Shown one piece after another: positions 38,001 to 53,000 of a stretch of DNA of 64,000 nucleotides. Under the pieces are notes generated by a model. It saw nothing but the letters and a program-made list of their open reading frames with translations, ran no database searches and was not told where the DNA came from. The DNA is from Leucoraja ocellata (taxonomy: Eukaryota): contig JAWMAR010000095.1 in assembly GCA_036785375.1 (NCBI GenBank), positions 7,192,001 to 7,256,000 of the forward strand, written 5' to 3'. Both the position numbers and the translations under genes were made by a program. Within the stretch, counting starts at the first letter, position 1, and every line of letters begins with the position of its first letter.

Positions 38001-41000
38001 TAATCCCTCAGCTGCAGAGGGAATCCAATCTTCTATTTTCCTTTTGTGATTTTCGGCCATGGGATGAGGTAGAATGCTACTTCCAGCAGGGATATGATGG
38101 TATGAAATTACTTTAATTAAATTGGGTGATCTGCTATCTTTCATCAGACAGGAGACAATGAAAGATATCCAAGCCTTTTCTAATTTTTTGTTTTAATTAG
38201 TTCATAACCCTGTAAAATCAATTTCCTTTAACGCTATTAAAATAGTGACAATACAACATTTTGACCTGCAAGACCATGTAAGAAAAACACTACCATGACA
38301 GCTTAAATTGATTTTGTTGAACTGGAATTACAGGATAGATGTCTATCACATGATCTTGATAAGTGAATCAAAGCTAATTCTATCTTTTTGTAAAAATGGG
38401 CAACATAGGGGCCAGGCTTGATCTCTGACTTGTCATGTTTGTAATAAATTGCCTCAGCGCTTGTAGCGAGGAAGAAACCGACCTGACCTTTTGCCACTGA
38501 GTTTCTTTGAGCATTTCCTGTAAAAGTCAGTCCAACAGTCAACCTTACCCCAGCAGTCACTGTTTCTTACAAGGCACACATGTAAAAGTTGAAATGAGGG
38601 AGGTGCTGTTAGGCCCCTTATTTTATGGAGTAACACGCATGCAAGGAGTTTCAGTCACATAGAAGAGAAAACAGGAGCGGAATCATGAAACATAGAAATT
38701 AGGTGCAGGAGTAGGCTATTCGGCCCTTCGAGCCTGCACCGCCATTCAATATGATCATGGCTGATCATCCAACTCAGTATCCCGTACCTGCCTTCTCTCC
38801 GTACCCCCTGATCCTCTTAGCCACAAGGGCCACATCTAACTCCCTCTTAAATATAGCCAATGAACTGGCCTCAACCACCCTCTGTGGCAGAGAATTCCAG
38901 AGATTCACCACTCTGAAAAATGCCATCATGGTCTTCCATGAAATATCTTCTCTCTACAAGAAAAGACTGGAATGAAAATGCTTCCAAGATGTACCTTTGT
39001 ATTGTCAAATGCCAGAAGAAGAGTTTTGCCGTTGGTTAGGAAGATTTCCAGTGCATTGTCTCGCAGTTGCCACCAGCGCTTATGGATCTCCTTGATTTCT
39101 TCATATGTCCAGGAGAATGAAGCTGGTTCCATTTCCACTGCAGAACTCTTCAAAGCAATAGTTACATGGGGAGAAGAAGTAGTTATGTTTTGTAAATATA
39201 AGCATCAACATTTGCAATTAAACAGCTCAGGGTATTCTAAAATATCAGTTAGGCAAGATGATGGGAAAATTCCCCCCATTTTGCTTTGCATGAGATCGTG
39301 GGATATTTTATGTCTTCCTGAATTGTCAGGTGAGGCCTTAGTTTAATAGCTCATGCAAAAGACAACACCTCCAACAGTACAGTATTCCTTCAGTATTGCT
39401 ATGACTGACTATTCATATGGTAGGAAAGCAGTTGCATTAGCCAGCAGGGTTCAAGGCAACATATTTGGTTCTCATAATTTAGACATGTTCATATAATACT
39501 GAGCCAAGCTGACATTTGAAGACAACTTCCTACTTACAAAACTGAATTATTCCATTCCTACCATATTGTTAAAATCTCTTCCAAAGCTACACTTTAAGTA
39601 TTTGTTTGCAACAGAAATATCACATTTGAAATTCAGCAACTTTCCGGAGAAAAATGTTACATTAAATTTGATGTTGATACATATGAACCTTTTAACAATG
39701 ACTGAACTTCACAAGAAAATTCTCAACTCCCAAAGTAAAGCAAATCCAATAAAAACATTAAAAAAAATGTTACTTACAGGATGCTCAAAGGCATCAGCAG
39801 CATTATCTTCAACAAAATACATTCCTGATTCTCCTGGAAAACAAACAAATGTTCATGGCATCTGAACTCTCAATGCTAGGGCAAAACCTTGCAGAGAATT
39901 TACAAATGGCACTAACCTAGAAGGAGTTCACCAACTGTTTCTCGAGAAGGGGCGACATTGATACATTTGCGTATGAATCTGATTAGAAAACAAAACATTA
40001 GTCTCATATGATCATCAATTATCATAGTTATAATACTATTAATCTCTTCACTTTTCACAGAAGCTTGAAAGTGTGCACCATCAGACAGCTAACAGCTTCT
40101 GTTATCAGGCTTCTGAACGGTCCTTCCATAAGCTAGGGTGCTGTCCGATTCACCCTATCCCTTTGAAGACATTGGACTTTGTCTATGTAATTGATGCGCT
40201 ACAATGCTAAGTACTACATTCTGCGCTCAGTATCTTCCCCTTTGCCCTATCGTACTCGAGTTTAACACGATTGTATTTATGTAAGGTATATCTGATCATT
40301 TTGGATAGCATGCAAAATAAAGCTTTTCATTACATCTTGGTATGCGTGACAATAATAAACCTAAACGAGAAAATTATTTTAATCTGAATCGCTAAGTATT
40401 TGGATTATAGGAAAAATTTGCAGGTATAAATTTGCAGGTGCAAGAAGCAAGAAATTGGAATTAACCTTGAAAATTGGAATCAAGCAGCTGACATGGGTAC
40501 AATAGATTGAGTACCATATTGCAGTGCTATGATTTGTCTATTGCCATTCCTACTAATGAAGCCATCACGTTGCACCTTATGCAGACATCAATAATTACTT
40601 TAAAGAATCATTTAAGGCCATCGAAGGTGATGACTACCTGATGGGTTCACTTGTTGCTTTATCCTTCACAGTTGATGAAAAAGATGAACGGGATTTATCC
40701 TCAAACAAGAATGACAGAGGTGGTTTCAGTGGTTCTGCAAAAAAAGAGAAAGTATTAGGATAATAAAATCAGAATCAAATTATAGAAAACATTCAAATCT
40801 TATCCCATCTTTTTACCTTCAGGTTTTTGTCGATTTCTGAGCAGATATTTGTTGGGTATGGTCAAATAGCATCTCTGTAAACGTCGCCTTTCTCTGTTTG
40901 GACCTTCAGTTGGATCCAGTTGCCATGATGTTGGGTAAGACACTGGATCATACCATACTGCCCTAGAAGTGAAATGAATGAAAACGTTATACATAAATAA

Positions 41001-44000
41001 CTAGTTACTTATTGGTACATATGTCAATATCTATTGACATATGTATCTATTAAGTTCATTCTTTAGGGAACGGGGGTTCCCCTCTTCCATTATAGATGTG
41101 GCCCTCACTAGGGTCTCCTCGATATCCTGCAGCTTTGCTCTTGCTCGCCCTCCCCCCCATTCATAACAAGGACAGAGTCCCTCTTGTCCTTACCTTCCAA
41201 CCCATCAGCCGTCGCTCTCAGCAAATAATCCTCCGACATTGTCGCAACATCCAACAGGATCCCATTACTAGCCACATCTTCCCTTCTCCACCCCTTTCCG
41301 CAGAGACCATTCCCTCCGCAACTCATTGGTCAACTCGTCCCTTCCCACCCAAACCACTCCCTCCCGAGGTATTTTCCCCTGCAACCGCAGGAGATGCAAC
41401 ATTTGTCCCTATACCTCCTCCCGAGACTCTGTTCAAGGACCCTGACAGTCTTTTCAGGTGAGGCAATGATTCATTTACACCTCCTCCAACCTCATCTATT
41501 GTACCCGCTGTTCCAGGTGTGGACTCCTGTATATCGGCGAGACCAAGCGCAGGCTCGGTGATCGTTTCGCTGAACACCTACTCTCAGTCCGCCTAAACCT
41601 ATCTACAAGTAACTATCGCGTTGATTGCCTCAGAACATAACCACCATGGCCCCAATTTTATGAATGCCTGCCAACTGATCAGTCAGGCTCACAATGATCA
41701 AAGACAGTGTTCATCTACAAATGAAAATACTCTGTGGTTGGAACAAGTAATGCAAGTTATTTATGGCAGCAGAATGCTTCAGAACTTTCCAGAACATGTA
41801 TGAATCCTAAGATATACACATAATTAAAGCAGGTACACTAATTAAAGCAGGAGAGGGAAATAAGAAATGCATGAGTATTTCATTAGAGGAATTCAAGTTG
41901 AGTTTATCGTCATATGAACAAGTATAGCAAGGTAGAGGTACAATTAAAAATGTTGGTCAAAAAATAGAATTCAGACCAGGAACAGGCCCTTAGGCCCACA
42001 TTGTCTGCGCTGAACATGACGCCAAGTTAAACTAATCGCATCTGCCTGCATATGATCCATATCCATGTGCCAATCTAAAAGCCTCTTCAACGCCACTATT
42101 GTATCTGCCTCCATACTATTCCAGGCAGTGCATTCGAGGCATCCATCATCCTCTGAGTAAAAAAAAAAAAAACTGTCTTTGGCATTTCCACCATGGGAAA
42201 AGGTTCTGTCTACCTTATATATGTCTTTCTTAATTGTGTTATACTTGTATCAGGTCTTCCCTCAGCTGCGGAGTTCTAGAGTAACTGTGCAACCGCTCCC
42301 TGTAGCTAATATTCCCTAAACCAGGCAGATTTCTGGTAAACTTCCCACATCCTCTTTAGAGACAGCATCACAGGCGCATAGACTCGACAAACAAATACAA
42401 AATAAATTATACCTAAATGAAACATAACATGTCTAAATGAAAGACTTTGGAAAAACATAATTAAGAAGACATGGCCCACCCACGCCTGCTGATTCAACTG
42501 GTTGTTAACCATTTTAATTCCCCCTCTCATTCCCGTATCAACCTTTCAGTCCTGGGCCTCCTCCATTGCCAGAATGAGGCCACATGCAAACTGAAGGAAT
42601 GGAGGAACAGCACATCATATTCTGCTTGGGAAGCTTACAACCTGATGGTATGAACATTGAATTCTCCAATTTTAGGGAACAACATCCCACCATTTTTTTC
42701 TTCTTCTCTTCTTCCCCCCCCCCCTCCCCCCTTCATGGCTACCCCACTCTCCAACCTTGTGTGCACCCAATTCTCCAACCATACCACCTCCCTCTCTTCT
42801 GCTTATGTCCCTTCCCTGGTTTTATATTTCATTCTTCTCTCCTCATCTGACACTCTTTTGGCTTCTTTAGTCCCCCTTTGTCACCCATTTGTCTCCCTTT
42901 CATATCCACCCACCTGCCAATCAAAACAGCCCTCACCTGTATCCACCTATCACTTGCCAGACTTTGTCCCACCCCCACCTTTTTTTTTACTGTTTTCTCT
43001 CCATTACAATGTCTGAATGAGGATCCCGACACAAAACATTACTTATCCATGTCGTCCAGCTGAGTTACTCTATGGTGTTCTATACAAAGGACTTAAGATC
43101 ATAACAGATGTTGTGTATAGGACCCTTGTAGCCATGTAGAAGTGGCAGAATATATATAAATTCACAAATTTGCTAAGCATTAGTGAGGACTAATGAGCAG
43201 GTTCAAATTAGGTACCTGCACCAACATCACAGATCCTTTTATGAAGGAAGAACATTTAAATTTGGTGTTGAGAAATCTATGCAAAGGTGCACCAAAAGTT
43301 ATTTAATAATTATAAAATGTTCCAAGTTTAATGTAGCAAATAAAGGGAAAAACGTGCAGCAAGCACTATGATTCTATAATTAAGCAAAGCAGAGATCAAA
43401 GCAATGAAATAGTGACCCTTCATTGTTAACACTGTAGACTTGTTAATGGGCAAAACAACAAATCAAACATGCTTTTAACATGATATACCCTCCAATTTAT
43501 ACCCCAAAGGGACAAGAACTCTTACTTACCAAAAAAAGCATAAGATGACTAAAGAGGTGAGAGATAATCTAAAACTAAAAGAAACAGCACAGAAAAAGAC
43601 AAAAACACAGATGCTGGCAATTAGGAGAATACAAAGAATCGCAAAAGGTAACAAAACATACAGTAACAGCTAGAAAAAAAGAGAAATGAAATTATGAAGG
43701 AAAATCAAAATGTACTGTGATTGCCAGGATTACTACAGACCTTGTGAAAGTGATTGTAAATTAAAAAAAGTAATGGATGTTTAATTGCTTTGCTTCAGTA
43801 TTTATAGTAGAGCACATGGTTAGCAAGTTGGGCATCACAATGAATTAATATTTAATTAAAGACATGTCATAATAACAAAAGCAAAGCAATAATAAAGACA
43901 CTAATGCCACTTTAGAGTGCTAAAGTCCCAGGACCAAATATCTTTGAAACCAGTATTTTAACAAAGTAAATAAGAACAATGCCGATGTCTCATTTGAATT

Positions 44001-47000
44001 ATCCAATGTACTCTTGACTTCCTTCCTTTAAGTTGCATTAGTGAGAAGGGAATGTTAAATATCTTGGAAGCTGATATCCTAATATCTATTATCAGTACAT
44101 TACGAGTATTTTATTAAAGATAGAATTATTAAAGATCTTACATGTATTAAGATTTTGTTTTACACTTTGTGAATGAGAACAACATGTCACAGGCTAAACA
44201 TTATATATTACTTTGAAACTTAATAAGTTCCCCATTCAAACTTTGGTCATTGCCAAATGGTGTACTTGCAAGATACTAGCAATTGCCTTGGGAAAACATT
44301 TCTCTTTCTAACTAAGTAACTTCTAATTTTATTTCTGATATTTACCTTTCATGTGTTAGCTGTTGAACAAGTTCTCGCCAGTGTCTGCCAGCACTTAAAT
44401 CTACCTTATACATTCTCCTGATATGCTGAATCACTTTCTTCCTCTCCATGCCTTGCTGCAGAGAGATGTTCTGAGTGATTTCAGCCGCTATTTTGGAAAT
44501 ATCTTTGGACTTTAAATCCAGCCGTTGTAGGAGGCTAAAGAAAAGAAAAATCTTGAAAATTATAGGAAAAATACTTTTCATATGGCGCATAACAATCTTT
44601 ATGGTATCTTGGTATCATTTAAAAATAAATTGGATAGGCATATGGATGAGAAGGGAATGGAGGGTTATGGTATGAGTGCAGGCAGGTGGGACTAAGGGGA
44701 AAAAAAATTTGTTCGGCACGGACTTGTAGGGCCGAGATGGCCTGTTTCCGTGCTGTAATTGTTATATGTTATATATGTTATATGTTATTTCCCTCCTTTT
44801 ACTTAAGTCTTTAGAACAGTTGCATTTTCTCTGAGAGCCTTTCAATCCTGCTTTCAAGACTCTAAATTCTTATTTATGATCTTGAACATTTTTTAATAAA
44901 CTACTTGATAATAGAATACATCCCATTTTCATCTGATAAGTATATTCTTGCACTTTTTAGTGGATATTAGTTGACAGTGATCATAGCATCATACAGCATG
45001 GAAACAGGCCCTGAGCCCACTTGCCGATGCAACCAAGATCCCCTACCGGCACTAGTTCTACTTGCCCCAATTTGTCCCAAATCCCTCTAAACATTTCCCA
45101 TCCATGTGCCTGTCCAAATGCCTTTTAAATGTTATTATAGTACCTGCCTCCACTACCTCCTCTGGCAGCTCATTCCATATACCCACCACCCTCTGTGCAA
45201 AAGTTGCCCCACTGGTTCCTATTAAATCATTCTCCACTCAGTTTGAAACTATGTCCTCTGGTTCTTGATTCCACAACCTGTGCATTCATCCCATCTATTC
45301 ATTATACACCTGGTCTTGAAAAGCAAAAGAAAACAGCTGATTCTGGAAATCTGAAATAAAAACCGTTAATATTGGAAATACTGTACATCAGGCAAATATG
45401 AATCCCTCCTCCTTCGCCTTCCATGTAAACATTTATTCAGCTTTGACATGCATGGCAAAGATACCATGACACATCAAGATTGTTCAGTTACTCCATTCAC
45501 ACCAGAATAAAATATTTAAATCCTCCCAAAGTTTTATCTCAACTTCGAGCTCAAGAAGTTATTTCACATCATTTCCCCCATCCTTGAATGATAGTTATTT
45601 GCTTAGCTCCACACATTCGTCATGATTACTCTGGCTCCGATTCTGTCACTATGGAGATCCCACTCTAAATCTCTTTGTTTCAAACATTTTATTCCTTTTG
45701 TAGTTACCCCTCAAACCTCACTCCCTTTACAGACCCCTAAAGCATTCTTCTACTTGATAAGGGCTTTATAAGTCAAAGTCACCATCAACAATTTGCAAAT
45801 GGAATGTTGCCCTTTTAAAAAAAAACAACATTGCAGCATAAATAAATGTTTTAACAATTGTATTAGTTGAAACTACTGTCAGTAGATAAGACATAACTAT
45901 TTATTTATTTATTTATTTATTTTTTTAGAGGTTAATACAGTACAAAACAGTACAGTGGAACCTAATTTTAGGTGCCAACTATGTCATACCGTAATCCATT
46001 CTATGTACAACCTCTAGTTTTATGTTATGAGAAGGAAATAAGACATAACTATAACCAACAAAACAGGAAGTTGGTTTACACCCCAAGTATCAAAGCTTCT
46101 GCACTTTAACAATTGATGGTAAATTCACCACATAAACCCCAAAGACTTGCATAGAAAATAGGTGCAGGAGGACGCCATTCGGCCCTTCGAGACAGCACCG
46201 CCATTCATTGTGATCATGGCTGATCGTCCCCAATCAATAACCCGTGCCTGCCTTCTCCCCATATCCCTTGATTCCACTAGCCCCTAGAGCTCTAATAGAA
46301 ACATAGAAAATAGAGTTGAGTTCCTATTGAGTCTTTTCTCTTCCTTTCTGGTTCTTTCCTTGATTCCACAACCTGTGCATTCATCCCATCTATTCATTAT
46401 ACACCTGGTCTTGAAAAGCAAAAGAAAACAGCTGATTCTGGAAATCTGAAATAAAAACCGTTAATATTGGAAATACTGTACGTCAGGCAAATATGAATCC
46501 CTCCTCCTTCGCCTTCCATGTAAACATTTATTCAGCTTTGACATGCATGGCAAAGATACCATGACACATCAAGATTGTTCAGTTCGTTAATGTATACGCT
46601 GCCAATTGCAACTTTACCTCTGCTGAGAAGTCGCCATTTTCTTTTCCCAGGCAATTTTATTTGCAATCTCCTCATTCACATATTTGGTCTGCTCCTGAAA
46701 GTCAATAGCATATATTATTAATGTTCAAAAGCGGTTTTTTATTATTCAGCTCACGCAATCAATAAAATGGAGACAGTGGTCAACAGCTTGCCCTGTCCTA
46801 TGTGTGCAGAATCAAGACTTGCCTATCTGTGCTACAAATGCAGATAGGTAAATCTCAGTAGCAGGCACAATGGTGTACCAGGACTTGGGCAGGACTGGGC
46901 TCTGAAAGCAAGGATCTTTTCCAGCTATCTACAAAACTGGAAAACTTCACTCATCTCCATTTGCCTCTCTCAGAAGGAAAAGGAGAGAGTAATGTAGTTT

Positions 47001-50000
47001 TAATATTAATAATGGGGCACTGGTTAAGCATGACCTCAGTTCACAAAATCAGGAGACAGAATCACCACAGGCAGACAATATGGTGGGATAATTATCAGCA
47101 AAATAAATGCTGTTGTAAAAATCAACAATAATGTCAGAAGTTTTTTTAAATCATAGAGACTGGGAAAATCAAATTGGAAAATTAACTTGCTGGACAGTCA
47201 TGCTTACAGTTGCCAAGGCCCTAATTTACCTCTTAAACTACCCTGCATTGCTTCCTGTATTCAATATGCTCTTTAAAAAGTAAATTATTAACCAAGCTTA
47301 GTTATCTCAAAACGTGGCCAAACATCAAAATATATTTGATAATGCCTCGGTAAAGAATCTTGGGATGTTTTTTAACGCTGAAGCTTCCTGAGGATTACCA
47401 TCTGTCGTCTTTGACCTTTCAGACCCTGGTAAATTACTTTCTTATTGGAGAAACATACTAAGCACCTGGGAAAACTCTGAAGTATAATTTTAATAGAGAT
47501 AATGCCACCTGACAGAAATCTGGCGTATCTTGAATTTTGTAGAATCTGTAATGAAAATATGAATCAAACTGTTATTCATAGGTGCTCAAGGCAAGATGTG
47601 AATAGAACATAACACCAGAGGGGCACTCTCTCCCAAAATCGTGTAATAGAGGATACCTTCATTATTTCTAACTTTTTATTTGAATATTACCGTATTATCA
47701 ATGCAAAATATTAAACGCTGTGCCTGATCCATTCCATTACAGATGCAATTTTATTTTGTCAGTAGAACAAAAAGTATATTATTGCATTATTACATTTGTA
47801 CATGTAAGGAGACGGGGGACCCATGTGACTCATTGCTAGAAATAATAGAGCCTGCACCATTAATGTTAAAATCGCTATTGCTATCGTTCAAAATTAGTTC
47901 CATAACAGAGATAATCATGCATCATATCCGTCTGACTATTCATATCATACCTCTTCAATGGCTCTAATGAGATCTGCTTTGGGTGGAGCACCAAGAGGAA
48001 TACACTTGTGTCCACAGAGCTTTAAAGAGGTGTAAAAGTTGCTTGCTGCAGATTGCTGTTTCTTGGACAAGGCTTCCATATGGTCATGCATCAGTTCATA
48101 CAAATACAATGCCAGCTTGGGTCCATGCTATAGTTAATCAGAACCAAAAGATCCACACCTTTAAAATCTGTTTCATTGTTTTTGTTTTAAGACATTCATA
48201 TTTCAGTAGGTAATATAATTTAGACAATTTACAAATATCAATGTACTGTAGTGGAGTTGTGTTAAAAATATGAGTATTCACCTTCACAAACAAAATCTCA
48301 TTATTTTACATCAAATAATAGAATAAGTTATGGTATAACATTACATGGCTCAGCTGCCATGCTTCAGCACAACATCTTGCATTTATCTGGCAAACGTACA
48401 CGGAATCTGCCTTACCTCCAAAGCTTGACCAAGACATTCTCTCAGAATCTCCTGATGGTTTGGTTCATAAGCTATTTCCAAAGCCATTTTCCTTTCCTCT
48501 AGCGAGCGGGCGGGACACAGAATGTGAACAAGCAATCGACCCAACTGGGACCGGAATGTCTCTCTGCAGGACCAGAGCATGCGCTTCCACTGCTGTCGTG
48601 GAGGGCTGTTTCTACCCGCTTCCTAAAACGATTCATATCAATAAATTACAGCGAGCTAGATGGCGACAATTTTCCAAGAAGCATAAATCAAATTGAATAA
48701 TACCCAAAGAATTATACCTAAATAATACCATGCAGTATGCTCTACAAATGAAATACGTTTTACAGGCAGTTTGCTCGCAGAAGGCAAAGTCTGCAGATTT
48801 CCACACACCAGCCAAACACGTCTGCCGATGTTGCATTTTCAGGAGAGTAAAACATCGCAATGCACTTCAATAAAACATTAGTTAAAAAAAAATTGAGACA
48901 GAGCTGCAAAAACGTTCATTAGTACAAATCACCAAAATTTTGGTTAAGGAAGTAGACTTTAAGGATCCCGAAACGGGTGTAATTAGTACCCCAGGTGGCC
49001 CTTTGTGTGGGCCAGACCTTGCTGGCTGACAGGGATCCACTAGTTCAGCCATTCACACAATTGTCTTTGAGAGGACTGATACTTCAATCCTAGTGTCATC
49101 ATCAAGTCCTGTGTTAGAGCATTAACTCACTAACGAGTAAACCGCATGCACTTTGCAACTCACCCTCAACCTTACATGAGGGAGGGTTCATATTGGAACA
49201 TAGTAAGTCTTTCAAAATGTTTTTACATCTGTTCCAATCGGCTTTGAGTATCTCTGGAGACACAACGCAGAGTCCATTCTGCCTCAGTGGACGCACATCA
49301 GGTACAGCAGGTCAGCTCACTTGGCTCTCCACATCTAGAAATAGTACGTGCAGATGCCAGAAGGCAGTCCGGCCAGGTCAAGCTTAACGTTGTTGATGAA
49401 GATAAAAAGCATAATTGGATCAAGTAAGCCTTCCCATGAGATTCATGCGTAATAAATGACATTCAAATCCTTTGGCAAAGTCCTGTATAAAAAGTAACAA
49501 CTCACCAGATATGCAGCATACCAATGTGGGATCCAAAATTCTATCCACATTGCAACAAGAATTTCTGAACTAAATTACCATTTGAACATTAAGAATCAAA
49601 TCACTCACCAAGGATATTTTAATTCCTTCAATCATCAATTTTAGCATTTCTTTCTGGAATATCTTTACGTTGTTGTTGGGTAGTTCTGATGCACCTTCCT
49701 CAAAGCCTTCTCCCTCAGGGACCACCCTCTGATGTGAATATTCAGATGTGCTCAATAAATCCAGAAAGTCAGAGTCAAGCTCTAAATAAGTAAAAGAATG
49801 ACACATTTCAACACATATAGCCAGATTTAAAAATATATAGTTTTAAGTAAGCAATGAATAGCACAGTGTAATTGTACGTTTACACTGCCTTGGCTATTGA
49901 AGCATGTAACCTATTTTGGCAACAATATTTGGCTGACAATTCAAGCATACAAATGATGCCTGGAGTTACCAAACAAAACCCACAGGCAGTTTTTAGGAGA

Positions 50001-53000
50001 TTCACTGTGTCCTCAGAGACTTTGATTTTCCTATTTAATTCATAATTAAAAATTAAAACATTCTACAAGGGAGCATACTGCTCTTGATGTTAGTTTTGAA
50101 ATTACTTGTCTCTTCTCTGAAAACAATACATATTTAAGTATTGCTTTTTAAAAATTGTTTCTACTTTTAACTGAATAGAAAAATGGGACATTTGGTCACC
50201 AAGTGCAGGCTGTGAAAATAAATCCAGTCTCGAAGGCTATCAGTTAGAAACTTTAAACCATTTCACCCAATTTTACCCCTTTTACCATTTAACCACAATT
50301 GCTCCAAACCTGCAGGTGCACCAACTGACAATGTATTGTTGTTGTAATTGTAATTGTAATTGTAAATCTTTATTGTCATTTCCTGAGTATTCGCATACCC
50401 AGAGGAAACAAAAAAACGTTGCTCAACCAGTGTCCATTCAGTTTGCATTAAAAAATAAATAGGAATTAAAATTAAAAAATACATGTCATGTTGTGGCATT
50501 CATTGTCAATTGAGTAATTCAGATAACAGCAGGGTACCAGTCTGTAAACTCACATTTAAGAATTAATCTTTGTAGTTTTTCCCAAAGGACCTGCATTCTT
50601 TTATTGAAATAGTTATTTTCATAGCTGATGGAAAGTAATAAATGACAGCCTAGAATTTAGATATTCACACTAAACACTCCCCTGCCCACCAAGTCCTTCC
50701 TTCATTCAAGTTGATGTACAAAGAGACCTTCCTTGCAGGGTGGTACTATGGTGCAGCGGTTGAGTTGCTGCCTTACAGTGCCAGAGACCCAGGTTCAATC
50801 CTGACTATGTACATTTTTCCTGTGATGGCGTAGGTTTTCTCTGGGTGCTCCGGTTTACTCCCAAATTCCAGTTGTGCAGATTTGTAGATTAATTAGCTTC
50901 TATATATCGTCCCTAGGATGTTGGATAGAACAAGTGTACAGGTGAATGTCAGTCGGCATGGACTCGGTGCGCCGAAAGGCCCATTTTCCATGCTGTATCT
51001 TTAAACTAAACTCCACAACACTTCTCAGGACAGGGTTTTCTGGATACAAATCCCATCACATGACAGGATTAAATCAGGACATGGCTTCAGAAATGCAGCT
51101 GGCCAATATGCATAGCTGTCAAAAAAGTCAATAGGAATGTTTCTGGCATTTCAAACACATTTCTAAATATTTAGATTGAATCCTAAATATTTTACACAGT
51201 CACTCCTATCATGATTGGGCTAATTTGGACCTGCTTGATCTACCAATTTTTTCCCCTTTGAAAATCACATTAAACAGTATTTCTACCATTTCTGTTAAAT
51301 TTAAAGTAGGACTGTCAATTTATTATAATTGCACAAGTGCAATCATGTTAATGGTAACAAATCGCCTTTAATATGGTTGCGATACAGATATAAATAGAGA
51401 ATAAATGAGCTCCTTATTGTGATTTCCTTCGGAAAAGTGAATTTGAGTAAAGTGAAGTCAATAGTGTGCTTGATTGAGTAGCCCTGCATGATGGGATAAC
51501 TTTACAATAAAGTCTGGCTACTTTGGTAAGAAATTTGGCATCTGTGTACTCAAATAAGAATAAGCTATGTAAGTGGAGTAAATGGTAACTCAGTCACCTA
51601 CCTTGGTAGATCAACCTGTTAACAGATAAAATGGTGAGTCTCTGTAGTCTCTGTACAAACTCTGTCTCAGTTGCTCTCATTGCGTTTTCATGGCTCATTC
51701 TCCTTTGCATTAGAATAGAGAGTTCATCGCTAGCCATTGACCGCATCTTCATCAACAAAGCATCAGATGGAGCAGCTGAAAACCTGTGAGAACCTAGCAA
51801 TAAGAATCCATGTTAAATCCAGCTTCAGTAAAGTTTATGAACTGACTACTTTTTATTTACAATCACGCTGAAGATTATCTCAAGATTATACATTTTAATT
51901 CTTTAAGAGACACTATTAAGCTCAAGCAACAATAAACCAAACTCCGTCAAGCTGGGAAAGCATGAGGCACATAAGAGCAAAGAAAGATTTGTTTTGGTAG
52001 CACATGATTTCAACCATCACTATCACACATGCTTCTGATAATGTCACATTTAAAATGATCTTACCTGCCAGATTGATAAGGTTTGTAAATGTTTTCACAG
52101 ATGTTTTTGTAAATATTAACAAATTAACTGTCTGCAGCTGAAAGGAGTACTAGATTTACAATAGTGAAAGGCAAAAACCACATATACTGCCAAAACATCA
52201 CTTTATGTAAATTGGTGAATAAATTATATCCAAATTAATTTCAAGTGTAATAGTTTATCTCTACTCTATGACAGCATTGTTTTGGTTAGTATCTGTTGTA
52301 GCAGAACTGCAAACAAATCAGTGGCACTAAGGTGTATTCAAGCACTGATTTGAACTTAATACTGTAAACCTAAAAATACATAAGACTTTACTGATATTCT
52401 ATTTCTGAGCATTTCTAATTCCCATTTCGGAGTCTATCTACTTCATGCTGAAACATACTGGCAATTTAAAACAATGTCTTCAAAGGTCTGGTAGGTTTAC
52501 AGTATCAGAGGTGATTTTATTTACATCGACAATGCATACTTTGCAGTCTGCTGTTGACAGAAAACATTTCTGAATGAAATGGTTTTCCAGGATCTGAATT
52601 CAGAAGTCCATTACTACACCTGCTTCTGAAGGGAAAGAATAAGATATGGATCCAGTTGGGAGTGGCAAGGATGACTCCTGATGCACTAGGTTCAAGCTAT
52701 AGGCCATTGGAAGGTGACCATACGAGGAGAAATGTTGTCTTGGTAGCCGTGGAATAATGGAATCTTTCAATGCAATTGAACCTTGTTGTAAATAAACAAA
52801 ATATAGAGATATATGCAGGGGAGAGTGAAACAATGGCTAAAATGGTACTGCCTGCAAAGGATTACATTAGTTTGCAAAACCCACATCCAGCTAAACATTT
52901 CCCAACTAAGTTCTGAAGTCATTTCTCAAATTAATAATTGATTGTTTTCCTCAAAAATTCAGAAAACAATTAAAGAGTTAAATAAAATTGTTCAACCTAT

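Larger units (their letters stand above)
45264..46584 (+). repeat. 226-bp direct duplication (45264-45489 and 46359-46584)
   Basis: Identical apart from one visible substitution (ctgtacAtc / ctgtacGtc). Confidence 0.95.

Noticed and set aside
41819-41851. Short direct repeat TAATTAAAGCAGG x2, and poly-G/poly-C runs at 7730, 35557, 36672 and 53694
   Set aside because: Ordinary slippage products with no further structure.
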